Notes under the pieces: generated by a model
Databases searched by the model: none
Told to the model about the DNA's origin: nothing
The model's input: only the letters and a program-made list of their open reading frames with translations
Program-made: the position numbers and the translations under genes
From: an uncultured Acidobacteriota bacterium
Lineage (GTDB): Bacteria; Acidobacteriota; Vicinamibacteria; Vicinamibacterales; UBA2999
DNA length: 64,000 nt
Assembly (NCBI GenBank): GCA_963772955.1
Contig: CAVYZF010000014.1
Location: 41,490-105,489, forward strand
Reading direction: 5' to 3'
Shown: in pieces, positions 51,585 through 60,804 of the stretch
Position numbering within the stretch: position 1 is the first letter of the stretch
How the letters are laid out: every line of letters begins with the position of its first letter

Positions 51585-52816
51585 TCTTCGACTGGAATCG
51601 CGACACTCCGGTGCCGCGGCCTGCCCAGGTCCTGCTGCTCGACGAAACGTTGCGCGACGGCCTGCAGTCGCCGTCGGTGCGCGCGCCGACCATCGAGCAG
51701 AAACTGCGCATCCTGCACCTGCTCGATCGCATCGGGATCGATACTGCCGATATCGGATTGCCGGGAGCAGGTCCCCACGTCGCTCGCGACGTCCAGCGAC
51801 TCGCGAACGAAATCCTCGAGTGCCGTCTCCGTGTGCAGGCCAACTGTGCTGCCCGCACGCTCATTTCAGACATTCAACCGATCGCCGACATCGTGCAGAA
51901 GACCGGCCTGCCGATCGAGTGCTGCTGTTTCATCGGCTCGAGCCCGATCCGTATCTACGCTGAGGACTGGTCGGTCGATTATCTGCAGCGCTGCACCGAG
52001 GAGGCGATCTCCTTCGGTGTCCGCCACGGCCTCAAGGTGATGTACGTGACGGAAGATACGACGCGATCGGATCCGGAGACGCTGCGTCGCCTCTTTCAGA
52101 CGGCGATCGATTCCGGCGCCTCGCGTCTCTGCATCGCCGACACCGTGGGGCACGCGACACCCGCAGGCGCTCGTGCCGTCGTCGGATTCGTCAAACGTCT
52201 TGTCGAAGCCAGCGGCGCGGATATCGGGATCGACTGGCACGGGCACCGCGATCGCGATATGGGGACGATCAACAGCCTCGCGGCGCTCGAAGCCGGCGCG
52301 ACACGCGTGCACGGCACGATGCTCGGCATCGGCGAGCGCGTCGGCAACACGCCGATGGATCTGCTGATGGTGAACCTGGTGCTCATGGGATGGATCGAAC
52401 GCGACCTGACGCACCTGAACGATCTGGTGCACACCGTGTCGGACGCGACGGGTGAGCCGATTCCCGACAATTACCCAGTGTTCGGTCGCGATGCGTTTCG
52501 CACTGCAACTGGTGTGCACGCCGCGGCGGTGGTCAAAGCGTTCCAGAAGAACGATTCCGACCTCGCGGACACGGTCTATTCGGGCGTTCCCGCCCGCCTG
52601 GTCGGCCGGCGCCAGCAGATCGAGATTGGGCCGATGTCCGGCAAATCGAACGTCGTCTTCTGGCTCGAACAACGCAGCCTGCCCGCCGACGGGGAACTCG
52701 TCGATCGCATCTTCCGCCGCGCCAAGTCATCACCCACGGTATTGACTGAGGCGGAGATCCTTCAGGAGATCTCTGCAAGTCGAAAGTTGGAAGGGCAAAG
52801 TACGAAAGTAAGTTAG
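51569..52816 (+). CDS. LeuA-family (2-isopropylmalate/homocitrate synthase-like, HMGL-like) enzyme without the LeuA regulatory domain
   Basis: LLDETLRDGLQSP, WHGHRDRDMGTINSLAALEAGATRVHGTMLGIGERVGN. GTG 51569. Confidence 0.75.
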   Translation: MDDALIFDWNRDTPVPRPAQVLLLDETLRDGLQSPSVRAPTIEQKLRILHLLDRIGIDTADIGLPGAGPHVARDVQRLANEILECRLRVQANCAARTLISDIQPIADIVQKTGLPIECCCFIGSSPIRIYAEDWSVDYLQRCTEEAISFGVRHGLKVMYVTEDTTRSDPETLRRLFQTAIDSGASRLCIADTVGHATPAGARAVVGFVKRLVEASGADIGIDWHGHRDRDMGTINSLAALEAGATRVHGTMLGIGERVGNTPMDLLMVNLVLMGWIERDLTHLNDLVHTVSDATGEPIPDNYPVFGRDAFRTATGVHAAAVVKAFQKNDSDLADTVYSGVPARLVGRRQQIEIGPMSGKSNVVFWLEQRSLPADGELVDRIFRRAKSSPTVLTEAEILQEISASRKLEGQSTKVS

Positions 52817-52879
52817 AAGGTCGGCCAGCGACCTCCAAGTTACTTCTGACACTTTGCACCGTACACGTTGAACTTCCCG

Positions 52880-53776
52880 ATGAGCGGCGTCTGGTATGGC
52901 GTAGCGGCCTATTCCCTCTGGGGCCTCCTGACACTTTACTGGCGGTTGTTCCCACAGGTCCCCGCGAGCCAGGTCCTGGCGCATCGCATCGTCTGGTCGT
53001 TCGTCGTGCTGGCGGCGATCGTCGCCGCATCCTGGCGCGAGCGACGCGCGGTGCTGCGAACGGTCACGCCGGGAGTGATTGCGTGGTACGCCCTCGCGGC
53101 CGTGTTGATCGGCGTGAACTGGTTTCTCTACGTGTTCTCGGTCAACCACGGCTTCATCGTCGAGAGCAGCCTGGGTTACTTCATGACGCCGCTCGTGAAC
53201 GTGCTCATGGGCGTGGCGGTGTTTCGCGAGCGTCTGCGAGCGATGCAATGGCTGGCCGTCGCATTCGCGTTCGCGGGGGTGCTATGGCTGTCGCTGGCAT
53301 ACGGAACGCTCCCGTGGATCGGGCTCGCACTTGCCGCGAGCTTTGGCAGCTACGGATTGGTGAAGAAGAAGGCGACATTGCCTTCGCTCGAAGGGCTGGC
53401 ATTGGAAACCGCTGTCCTCGTCGTGCCGGCAGCGCTGTTCCTGGCGGTTCTCGATCGCAACGGTGATGGCGCGTTTCTGCACTCGGGAACAGCGACCGAC
53501 ACCCTCCTCGCCGCAGGCGGCATCGTGACAGTCGTACCGCTGCTGCTCTTTGCGACGGCAGTGCGGCGAATTCCTCTCTCAGTCGTCGGCATCCTGCAGT
53601 ACATCGCCCCAACCATCCAGTTCCTCCTTGGTGTGTATGCGTTCCACGAGCCGTTCACGCACACGCAACTGACTGGCTTCGGCCTGGTCTGGCTCGGGCT
53701 CGTCGTGTTCACGCTCGACAGCCTTCGCCCTCGATCGTCGCCGTCACTGACCGTCGTGGACGAGGGCGTGCGCTGA
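52880..53776 (+). CDS. rarD: EamA-family transporter RarD
   Basis: MSGVWYGVAAYSLWGLLTLYWRLF; 10-TM DMT pattern. ATG 52880 is in frame with ORF 52868. Confidence 0.8.
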   Translation: MSGVWYGVAAYSLWGLLTLYWRLFPQVPASQVLAHRIVWSFVVLAAIVAASWRERRAVLRTVTPGVIAWYALAAVLIGVNWFLYVFSVNHGFIVESSLGYFMTPLVNVLMGVAVFRERLRAMQWLAVAFAFAGVLWLSLAYGTLPWIGLALAASFGSYGLVKKKATLPSLEGLALETAVLVVPAALFLAVLDRNGDGAFLHSGTATDTLLAAGGIVTVVPLLLFATAVRRIPLSVVGILQYIAPTIQFLLGVYAFHEPFTHTQLTGFGLVWLGLVVFTLDSLRPRSSPSLTVVDEGVR

Positions 53777-54288
53777 TGACTCCGATGACCGTGCGTCAGG
53801 CAGTGCCATCCGACACCGCGGCCGTGCGGGACATGCTTGAAGAAGCGGCGCGATGGGTCGACGCGCTCGGCGTTGTCATGTGGGACGAGGGCGAACTGGA
53901 TCCGGGTCGCATCGTCCGTGAGGTCGCGGCAGGACAGTTTTTCATCGCCGAGGTCGACGAAGCTCCCGCGGGTGCCGTCCGCTTTCAACTCGAGGACCAA
54001 CTGTTCTGGCCGGACCTCGCAGGCGACGACTCGGCCTTCATTCATCGCCTCGTCGTGCGCCGGCAATTCAAGGGACTTGGCGTGTCGGTCGCGCTGATGG
54101 AGTGGGCGGCCTCGCATGCCCGCTCGATTGGGAAACGCTATCTGCGGCTGGACACGGATGCCTCACGGCCGAAGTTGCGTCAGCTGTACGAACGATTCGG
54201 GTTCCAGTTTCACAGCTTCCGGCAGGTAGGCCCGTACTACGTGGCTCGCTATGTGTATCCGTTGACGGAGTCGGCAAATGACACCTGA
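53776..54288 (+). CDS. GNAT family N-acetyltransferase
   Basis: IHRLVVRRQFKGLGVSVALMEWA (acetyl-CoA motif A). ATGA-type overlap with rarD. Confidence 0.8.
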   Translation: MTPMTVRQAVPSDTAAVRDMLEEAARWVDALGVVMWDEGELDPGRIVREVAAGQFFIAEVDEAPAGAVRFQLEDQLFWPDLAGDDSAFIHRLVVRRQFKGLGVSVALMEWAASHARSIGKRYLRLDTDASRPKLRQLYERFGFQFHSFRQVGPYYVARYVYPLTESANDT

Positions 54289-54718
54289 CGCCTTGCTTCA
54301 GTTCATGCGCTTGGAGAAGTACGCCGTGCAGGCGTCGGTGTCCGATGCCGGTTCACGGCAGGCTGCCGTTGTGGGAATCGCGGTGACGGATGCGTTCGAG
54401 ATCGTATTCGACACGGTCGCCTCGTCACGCAAAGCATCCAACCTGCGCGCGAATCCGTCCGTCGCTTTCGTCATCGGCGGTACGCGCGATGGAGACGAAT
54501 GCACGGTCCAATACGAAGGGATCGCCGACGAGCCGAGGGGGAGCGAACTGGATCGAGTGCTCGCGGTGTACTACGCCAGGTTTCCCGACGGCCCCGAGCG
54601 CCGCGCATGGCCCGGCCTGATCTACGTCCGCGTCAAGCCGACCTGGATTCGCCACAGCAACTTCGGAGCGAATCCTCCCGAGATCGTCGAATTCGGCCCG
54701 AACACCCTCGCTCGCTGA
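54278..54718 (+). CDS. Pyridoxamine 5'-phosphate oxidase-like FMN-binding split-barrel protein
   Basis: 146 aa. Pattern AVQASV...IVFDT...SRKASNLRANPSVAFVIG is typical of the family. Confidence 0.7.
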   Translation: MTPDALLQFMRLEKYAVQASVSDAGSRQAAVVGIAVTDAFEIVFDTVASSRKASNLRANPSVAFVIGGTRDGDECTVQYEGIADEPRGSELDRVLAVYYARFPDGPERRAWPGLIYVRVKPTWIRHSNFGANPPEIVEFGPNTLAR

Positions 54719-54720
54719 CC

Positions 54721-55572
54721 TCAGCGCACGATCATCACGACGGCGATCATCGCGCAGACGATCCCGAACAGTTGACGGCTGCTCAGCCGCTCGTGCAGCA
54801 CGACGCGCGCCAGCACCACGGTGCTCGCGGGATAGAGCGACGCCAGCGTGACAACCACGCTCAGTGGACCCGATCGCGTGGCGATCATGTAGAGCAGGTT
54901 GGCGATCATGTCGAGACTTCCGCCGGCGACGACGATGCCGAGAGTGTTTCCCGCAAGGCGAAGCGACTGCGAGGCCGCGAGTGCCATGCCGGCAAACAGG
55001 GTTACGGAAACCGCTCGGGCGACGACCAGAGGCCAGAGTCCGGCGTCGCTGCTCGTGTGTGCGAGCGCGACGAAGAAGAATCCGATCGCAACGCCGGAGA
55101 GCAGCGCCAGCGTGAACGCGGACGCGCCTGAGCCCGCCGTCTCTTCGGCCCGCACCGGCTCCGGATGCTCGGACTGCGAGACCAGCGCGATGGCCACGAT
55201 GGCGAGCACGATGCCAGCGATGGCCACGAGCCCGGGCCGCTCGCCAGATGCAAGCGCCACCAGCACCGGAATCACGACAGCGCAGACCGCAGTCGTCGGC
55301 GCGACGACCGCCATGACACCGATCGCGAGTGCGCGATAGAGCAGGGCGACACCGGTGCCGCCGGTGAGGCCGGCAACGGCTCCCCAGAGGAAGTCCATTC
55401 TGGTCGGCGAGGAAGCAGGGAGAAACGGAAGCGCGATGAGCAACAGCAGGAGCCCTGCGAGTTGCGACACGACGACAATCGTGAACGTGTGTGCGCGTTT
55501 AGCGGTCAGGCCGCCGAGGAAGTCGGCTGCGCCGTAACAGGCTGCCGATGCGAGCGCGAGAAGGACGAACAT
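54721..55572 (-). CDS. EamA/DMT family transporter
   Basis: 283 aa, 10 TM. N-terminus LALASAACYGAADFLGG. Confidence 0.8.
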   Translation of the reverse strand: MFVLLALASAACYGAADFLGGLTAKRAHTFTIVVVSQLAGLLLLLIALPFLPASSPTRMDFLWGAVAGLTGGTGVALLYRALAIGVMAVVAPTTAVCAVVIPVLVALASGERPGLVAIAGIVLAIVAIALVSQSEHPEPVRAEETAGSGASAFTLALLSGVAIGFFFVALAHTSSDAGLWPLVVARAVSVTLFAGMALAASQSLRLAGNTLGIVVAGGSLDMIANLLYMIATRSGPLSVVVTLASLYPASTVVLARVVLHERLSSRQLFGIVCAMIAVVMIVR

Positions 55573-55589
55573 GCGCGGCGGTCACGCCT

Positions 55590-56747
55590 TCAACCCGCCA
55601 GCGCGCGAACGAACGCGTCAGACAGCTCCGCCGCAGTCATCCGGTTCAGGGTTTCGTTGACGGCGATCAGAAGACGGTCGCGTTGTGGGGCGGACGTGAA
55701 CACGCGGCTCGCCGCGAGCCTCTTTTGGTACGCGAGCGGATCGGTCGACTTCACGCTCATTCGAAACAGGTTCGTTCCTTGCGGGATGCGCTCGATCGAA
55801 AACTGTTCGTGTCGTTGCAGGGTGCGGATGAGATCCTCGGACGTGCGGACGGCCGCGGTGAATCGCTCGCCAAAACCAGGCAGATAGTGGAGGGCGATGG
55901 CGGCGAACGGCCAGACGGCAGCGAGGCCGCCGCCGAACATGCGCCGTACGTGATACAGGTCCGCAAGCAGATCGCGCGGGCCGGCGAGGATCGCGCCGGA
56001 TGCCGCGTTGAAATACTTGTACAGCGACACGTACACCGTGTCGAAGGGGCGTGCCGTGTCGGCCACCGATTCGCCTGTGTATGCCGCCTGCAGAAACAGT
56101 CGCGCGCCATCGAGATGGAGCCGGATGCCTTCACGTCGCGCGAGCGCGATGATGTCCCGCAGTTGAGCGGAATCGAATCGCTCACCCTGCCGTCGGCGAA
56201 CGGGCGTTTCGATCGAGATCACCGCCACGCGCGCTACAACCCTGCCGCTCCGTGTCTGGTCCAGCACTCGCTGCACGTCGGCCGCCGTGAAGGTGGCCCG
56301 CCCGGCGGCAAGCGGGATCAGCGTCAGACCGCTCAGGGTCTGCGCGCAGTCGCCTTCGTCCTGATAGAGGTGGCTCTCCTCCTGGACGATGACGCGGCTT
56401 GGTCCACCGGCGAGCGCGCGCACCGCCAGATGATTTGCCAGCGTGCCAGTCGGCATGAAGATCGCCTGTTCCTTACCCAGGACACGCGCGAACTCGGCCT
56501 CTAATTCCTCGACCGTCCCTCCCAGAGAATACGAATCGGCCGAGATGTTTCCGGTCAGCTCCGTCAGGCGCTCTGCGTACTGGGCTGGACTGAGACCAAG
56601 GCCGTCGCCGGTCAATCTCACGAGCCGGTCATCGATCGCCGGACCGCTTCGAGCGGCTTGCTGGCCGTAGGCGGAGAGCGGAGCCAGGCCGAGGCCTGTT
56701 GCTCCGAGCCCACCGAGCTGTACGAACCGCCGGCGATTCAAAGGCAT
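55590..56747 (-). CDS. Threonine aldolase-family PLP enzyme with twin-arginine (Tat) signal peptide
   Basis: MPLNRRRFVQLGGLGATGLGLAPLSAYGQ, then FMPTGTLANHLA, HLDGARLF and VSLYKYF (PLP Lys region), collinear with LtaE as recalled. Confidence 0.75.
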   Translation of the reverse strand: MPLNRRRFVQLGGLGATGLGLAPLSAYGQQAARSGPAIDDRLVRLTGDGLGLSPAQYAERLTELTGNISADSYSLGGTVEELEAEFARVLGKEQAIFMPTGTLANHLAVRALAGGPSRVIVQEESHLYQDEGDCAQTLSGLTLIPLAAGRATFTAADVQRVLDQTRSGRVVARVAVISIETPVRRRQGERFDSAQLRDIIALARREGIRLHLDGARLFLQAAYTGESVADTARPFDTVYVSLYKYFNAASGAILAGPRDLLADLYHVRRMFGGGLAAVWPFAAIALHYLPGFGERFTAAVRTSEDLIRTLQRHEQFSIERIPQGTNLFRMSVKSTDPLAYQKRLAASRVFTSAPQRDRLLIAVNETLNRMTAAELSDAFVRALAG

Positions 56748-56751
56748 GCCG

Positions 56752-59118
56752 CTACTCCGAGTTGTTGCGCAGCGCGGTGCGCACGCGATCGGGAGTGAAC
56801 GGAACTTGTCGCAGCCTCACGCCCGTCGCGTCGAACACGGCGTTGCCAATCGCTGGAGCGACGACCGTGATCGACGTCTCGCCGGATCCGCAGGCTTCGA
56901 CATCAGTCTGGTTGAGCAGGACGATGTTCATTGCCGGCAGAGCCATTCCGAGCGTGAGCGAGTGATACGTGCGCCAGTCGACCGAGGTGATCTTCCGATC
57001 GTCCCACGTCACTTCCTCGCCGAGCGCGCGGCTCATACCCTGAAGTGCGCCCCCCTCGATCTGGTTGCGCATGCCGTCGGGATTGGAGATTGGGCCGCAG
57101 TCCTGCGCGACGGTGAGCCGTGTGACTTCGATCCGTCCTGTGTCCTGATCGACGCTGACATCCGCCACCATGGCAACGAAGCCGTTGTCACCTTCATAGC
57201 AGACGCACGCGATGCCTCGGCCGGTGACCTTGCCCGTCCGCGCGCGAGTCGGGCGCGGCGATGGCCGTTGCTCCCAGTTGGCAGCCTTGGCGGCTGCGCG
57301 AATCGCCGCGCTCAGTCGTGCGTGATTGAGGTGCTTCAGGCGGTACTCGACGGGGTCGGCCTTCACGTGCGCCGCCACTTCGTCCATGAAACACTCGTGC
57401 GCGAACGTGTTCTGCAGCCGTTCGGGTGCTCGCAGCGGTCCGGTGAAGAACGGTGACAGGACGCGATGCGAGAGCACGCGCTCGCTTCGAATCACGCCCG
57501 CACCATTGGCTGAATCGCGAACGCGCCCGGCGATGTACGAAGGCGCGGTGTTCGAGTTGTTGTTCAGTGGTGTGTCCGGCGGTGGGGCAGGCGCGCGCGG
57601 CGCGAACGGCGCCGGGTTGGAGCCGACGAGCACGCCGGTGATCACGTTGCCGGGGGTACCGTAGCCAGGACGGCCGCCACGCGCTGCCGACCACGCTTCG
57701 TAGTCCCACACGCCGATGTTGCCGCTCGCATCGAGCGCGACACGCTGATCGATGACGAAGGCGTTGCCATAGTTCTCCCACGCCATTTCGTCCTTGCGCG
57801 ACAACTGTACGCGCACCGGTTTGCCGACGGCCTGCGAGAGCAGCGCCGCGTCGTAGCTGACCGTGTCTGCCCCGTTGATGCCGTAGCAGCCTGCGCCGCG
57901 AACGTAGACGACCCGGACGTCCTCCTGTTTGAGGCCGAGCAGCATCGCCGAGGTGTTGCGCGTCGGAAATGCAGACTGCGTCGCCGACCAGATCGTTGCC
58001 TTGTCGCCCTGCACGTCGGCGACCGCGCAGGAACTGCCCATCGACGCGTGCATCTGATACGGATGGTTGTATGTCGCCCGCAAGACGGTGGACGCTGCCT
58101 TCAGCTTCGCGTCGACATCAACGGAGTCGACCAGCAGCGTGTCCCGGGCAGGCTGCTTTCGAAGCTCCGAGTACAGATCGGCATGCGGTGACAACGGAGT
58201 ACCGCGGGTCCAGGTCACCTTCAGGCGCTCGGCACCCTGCATCGCCTGCCACGGTTTCTGCGCGACGACCCCGACGAAGTTGCCTTTGACGACGACCTTC
58301 ACGATGCCAGGCAGTTCGCGAATTGAGCTCTCGTCAACACTGCCTACCGTCGCGCCGACTTCGGGCGGCCGCACGACACGGCCATGCAGCATCCCCGGTA
58401 CCTTCACGTTGTGCACGAACTCGAATCGCCCCGTGGCCATGTCGCGCATATCGACGCGCGGAACGGCAGTGCCGAGCACGGTCCACTCGGATGGATGCCG
58501 CCGTTTCGCGGCCTGATCGAGTTGCAGATTGAACCGCTCGCCGCCAATCAGATCGCCGTACGCCACGTTGCGCGAGGGCGTCGCCGTCACCTCGACGCGG
58601 CCATCGCGGGCGACAAGATCGGAGGTAGGTGCACCGAGTCGCATGGCTGCCATCTTGATGAGCGCTTCACGCGCGGTCGCGCCGGCGAGCGCAAGGTTCG
58701 AGTGGTTGAAGTTGGTTGGGTGTGATTGCTGCCCCGACGTCGTGCCCTGATCAGGCGTCATCGACGTGTCGCACTGAATCAGGCGTACCCGGTTCAGGGG
58801 GACGCAGACTTCTTCGGCGACGAGCTGCAGCTGCGCAGTGAAGAGCCCCTGACCGAAGTCGCACTTGCCGGTGTAGGCGGTGACGATGCCGTCGCGGCCG
58901 ATGGCGATCCACGAATCGAGCTGTGTGCTGCCCGTCCCGTTGAAGCCTTGAGCGAAGACATCGCCCAGGCCGTCGAGAACGTTCACAGAAGAGAAGGCGA
59001 CGACGAGAGCGCCGGAGCCTTTGAGGAACGAGCGGCGTGAAAAGCCCCTCGGCTTCGCTCGGGATAGGCCGGCGCGGCCGAGCGCATGCCGCGCGTCGGA
59101 CGAGAGATGCGGTGTCAT
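56752..59118 (-). CDS. Molybdopterin-binding subunit of an IorAB-type aldehyde/isoquinoline oxidoreductase, Tat-exported
   Basis: From ATG 59116-59118: MTPHLSSDARHALGRAGLSRAKPRGFSRRSFLKGSGALVVAF. About 788 aa, xanthine dehydrogenase/aldehyde oxidase family. Confidence 0.85.
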   Translation of the reverse strand: MTPHLSSDARHALGRAGLSRAKPRGFSRRSFLKGSGALVVAFSSVNVLDGLGDVFAQGFNGTGSTQLDSWIAIGRDGIVTAYTGKCDFGQGLFTAQLQLVAEEVCVPLNRVRLIQCDTSMTPDQGTTSGQQSHPTNFNHSNLALAGATAREALIKMAAMRLGAPTSDLVARDGRVEVTATPSRNVAYGDLIGGERFNLQLDQAAKRRHPSEWTVLGTAVPRVDMRDMATGRFEFVHNVKVPGMLHGRVVRPPEVGATVGSVDESSIRELPGIVKVVVKGNFVGVVAQKPWQAMQGAERLKVTWTRGTPLSPHADLYSELRKQPARDTLLVDSVDVDAKLKAASTVLRATYNHPYQMHASMGSSCAVADVQGDKATIWSATQSAFPTRNTSAMLLGLKQEDVRVVYVRGAGCYGINGADTVSYDAALLSQAVGKPVRVQLSRKDEMAWENYGNAFVIDQRVALDASGNIGVWDYEAWSAARGGRPGYGTPGNVITGVLVGSNPAPFAPRAPAPPPDTPLNNNSNTAPSYIAGRVRDSANGAGVIRSERVLSHRVLSPFFTGPLRAPERLQNTFAHECFMDEVAAHVKADPVEYRLKHLNHARLSAAIRAAAKAANWEQRPSPRPTRARTGKVTGRGIACVCYEGDNGFVAMVADVSVDQDTGRIEVTRLTVAQDCGPISNPDGMRNQIEGGALQGMSRALGEEVTWDDRKITSVDWRTYHSLTLGMALPAMNIVLLNQTDVEACGSGETSITVVAPAIGNAVFDATGVRLRQVPFTPDRVRTALRNNSE

Positions 59119-59582
59119 GCGGTCCTCCCTCCGGCGTAGCGACGGATGGCTTTGAGCATGCGCACGTTGGCGAAGCAGCGGCACAGGACGCCAGAGAGCG
59201 CCTGCTGGATCTGTTCGTCCGTCGCACGCGGGTTGCGATCGAGGAAGGTCTTCGCCGTCAGGATGACGCCGCTCAGGCAGAACCCGCACTGCGCCGCCTG
59301 CTCGTCGATGAACGCCTGCTGCAACGGGTGCGGCTTGTCGGCGGTCCCGAGTCCTTCGAGTGTCGTGATGTCGTTCGAGCCGACCGCGCTCACCGGCGTC
59401 ACGCACGACCTCGTGGCCTGGCCGTTGACGATCACCGTACAGGCGCCGCATTGACCGAGGCCGCAGCCGAATTTCGGACCTCGCAGCTCGAGATCGTCGC
59501 TGAGGACGTAGAGCAGCGGAGTGGACGGGTCGACGTCCACTTGCTGCGAGCGTCCGTTTACCTTCAGCGTCAGGATACTCAT
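59115..59582 (-). CDS. (2Fe-2S)-binding small subunit of the IorAB-type oxidoreductase
   Basis: 155 aa from ATG 59580-59582: MSILTLKVNGR. CGLGQCGACTV and CGFCLSG..CRC. ATGA overlap with the large subunit. Confidence 0.9.
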   Translation of the reverse strand: MSILTLKVNGRSQQVDVDPSTPLLYVLSDDLELRGPKFGCGLGQCGACTVIVNGQATRSCVTPVSAVGSNDITTLEGLGTADKPHPLQQAFIDEQAAQCGFCLSGVILTAKTFLDRNPRATDEQIQQALSGVLCRCFANVRMLKAIRRYAGGRTA

Positions 59583-59597
59583 GGCGGAAGGATACAT

Positions 59598-59638
59598 CCG
59601 GGGCCCGGGATCCGGGATCCCGGATCCCGGCCTCGGGG
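59598..59638. repeat. Self-complementary heptad run (CCCGGGA TCCGGGA TCCCGGA TCCCGGC)
   Basis: ccggggcccgggatccgggatcccggatcccggcctcgggg, between the M28 stop and the iorA-like start. Confidence 0.75.
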
Positions 59639-60688
59639 TTACCTGCCCGATGCGATGCGCTTTTCGATGTCGGGGATCGCGGCAGTGACGACGTCGCCGA
59701 CGACCTGGAGGCTTCTCGCGTTGACGTGTTCGATGTCGTCCTGTGGCGTGTGCCACGTCGGGTTCTCGAGGTCGATGATGTCGGCCGCGGCGACGCCTGC
59801 TCGCAGGAACGGGATATGGTCGTCCTCGATCACGGTCAACTGGTTGGAGAACGTGCTGGTGTGACCGAGGCGGGCGGCAGTGGCCCAGATGATATCCACG
59901 AGCCACGGCGTCGAGTTCGAGTCGCGCTTGATGAGCAGGTCGCGGTCGCCGATCATGTCGAGCAGCACCAGCGCTTTCAGGCTCTTGAGCGAACCGTCCT
60001 TCTGCGCGGCCTGCACGTAGTGCCGGCTGCCGTACGTGTTGTCGGTGCCGCGCCACTCCGGCATGCGCGCTTCTTCGCCGTCAAGGAAGAGCAGTTCGAT
60101 CGTCAGCTCGTTCTGCCGCGCCTTGAGCACACGTCCCAGCTCCAGCAGAGCCGCCGTCGACGAGGCGCCATCGTTGGCGCCGACGAATCGGAACTCGCGA
60201 AACAGCTTCGTGTCGTAGTGGCTCGCCAGCACCAGGCGATCGGGCCGTCGTCCAGGGATCGTGGCGATGACGTTGGACATCGAGACTTCGCCGAGCGGCG
60301 TCATCCCGATGAACGACTGTTCCTTCGATTCGATGCCGGACGCCTTCAGTTGATCGACGATGTACTTCCGGGTCTCGACGATCGCGGGCGTACCGGAGGG
60401 GCGAGGGCCAAGGGCCACTTGCTTCTGCAGATGTGTCCACGCCTTCGAGCCGTCAAACGCGACTTGAGGTGCGACCTGCGCTTCGCCCATCGGTGCGACC
60501 GCACTTTCATTTCTAGGTGCGACGTTCGCTTCGCGTATCGGTGCAACGGAACTGACGCCGGTCGGTGCAACTCTACTATCGCTGGTCGGTGCAACTTCAC
60601 TGTCGTTGGTCGGTGCAATTGCACCCGCTGTGTCGGTGCAGCCGAACGTCAGAACAGCAAACGCACCGACAAGTAATGCTCGTCGCAC
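59639..60688 (-). CDS. M28-family lipoprotein (aminopeptidase / glutaminyl-cyclase-like) with an 8-aa tandem-repeat linker
   Basis: GTG 60686-60688 gives MRRALLVGAFAVLTFG-C (lipobox). The linker is (xxxxVAPx)x7. The catalytic region has NDGASSTAALLELGR, LLFLDGEE, EDDHIPF. The ORF-track N-terminus up to 60802 is Arg/Ser repeat and probably non-coding. Confidence 0.8.
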   Translation of the reverse strand: MRRALLVGAFAVLTFGCTDTAGAIAPTNDSEVAPTSDSRVAPTGVSSVAPIREANVAPRNESAVAPMGEAQVAPQVAFDGSKAWTHLQKQVALGPRPSGTPAIVETRKYIVDQLKASGIESKEQSFIGMTPLGEVSMSNVIATIPGRRPDRLVLASHYDTKLFREFRFVGANDGASSTAALLELGRVLKARQNELTIELLFLDGEEARMPEWRGTDNTYGSRHYVQAAQKDGSLKSLKALVLLDMIGDRDLLIKRDSNSTPWLVDIIWATAARLGHTSTFSNQLTVIEDDHIPFLRAGVAAADIIDLENPTWHTPQDDIEHVNARSLQVVGDVVTAAIPDIEKRIASGR

Positions 60689-60804
60689 CAACGAGAATCG
60701 ATTTCGCACCGACAAGCGTGAGGAAGCTCGCACCGACGAGTATCGCGATCGCACCGACAGACGCAAGGGGGTTCGCACCGACAAGCGAAGCTGTGATCGC
60801 ACCT
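60468..60804. repeat. Double array: 8 x GGTGCRAC cores at 24-bp spacing, then 7 x CGCACCRAC cores (reverse complement) at 21-24 bp spacing
   Basis: Forward cores start at 60468, 60492, 60516, 60540, 60564, 60588, 60612 and 60635. Reverse cores start at 60662, 60684, 60705, 60729, 60750, 60774 and 60798. Spacers between cores are not complementary. Confidence 0.85.

Noticed and set aside
60468-60804. CRISPR-like appearance of the regularly spaced repeats here, and of the octamer array at 16573-16644.
   Set aside because: The conserved cores are only 8-9 nt and the spacers 12-15 nt. One arm is in-frame coding sequence. The 16573 array has no spacers at all. No cas genes are in the window.
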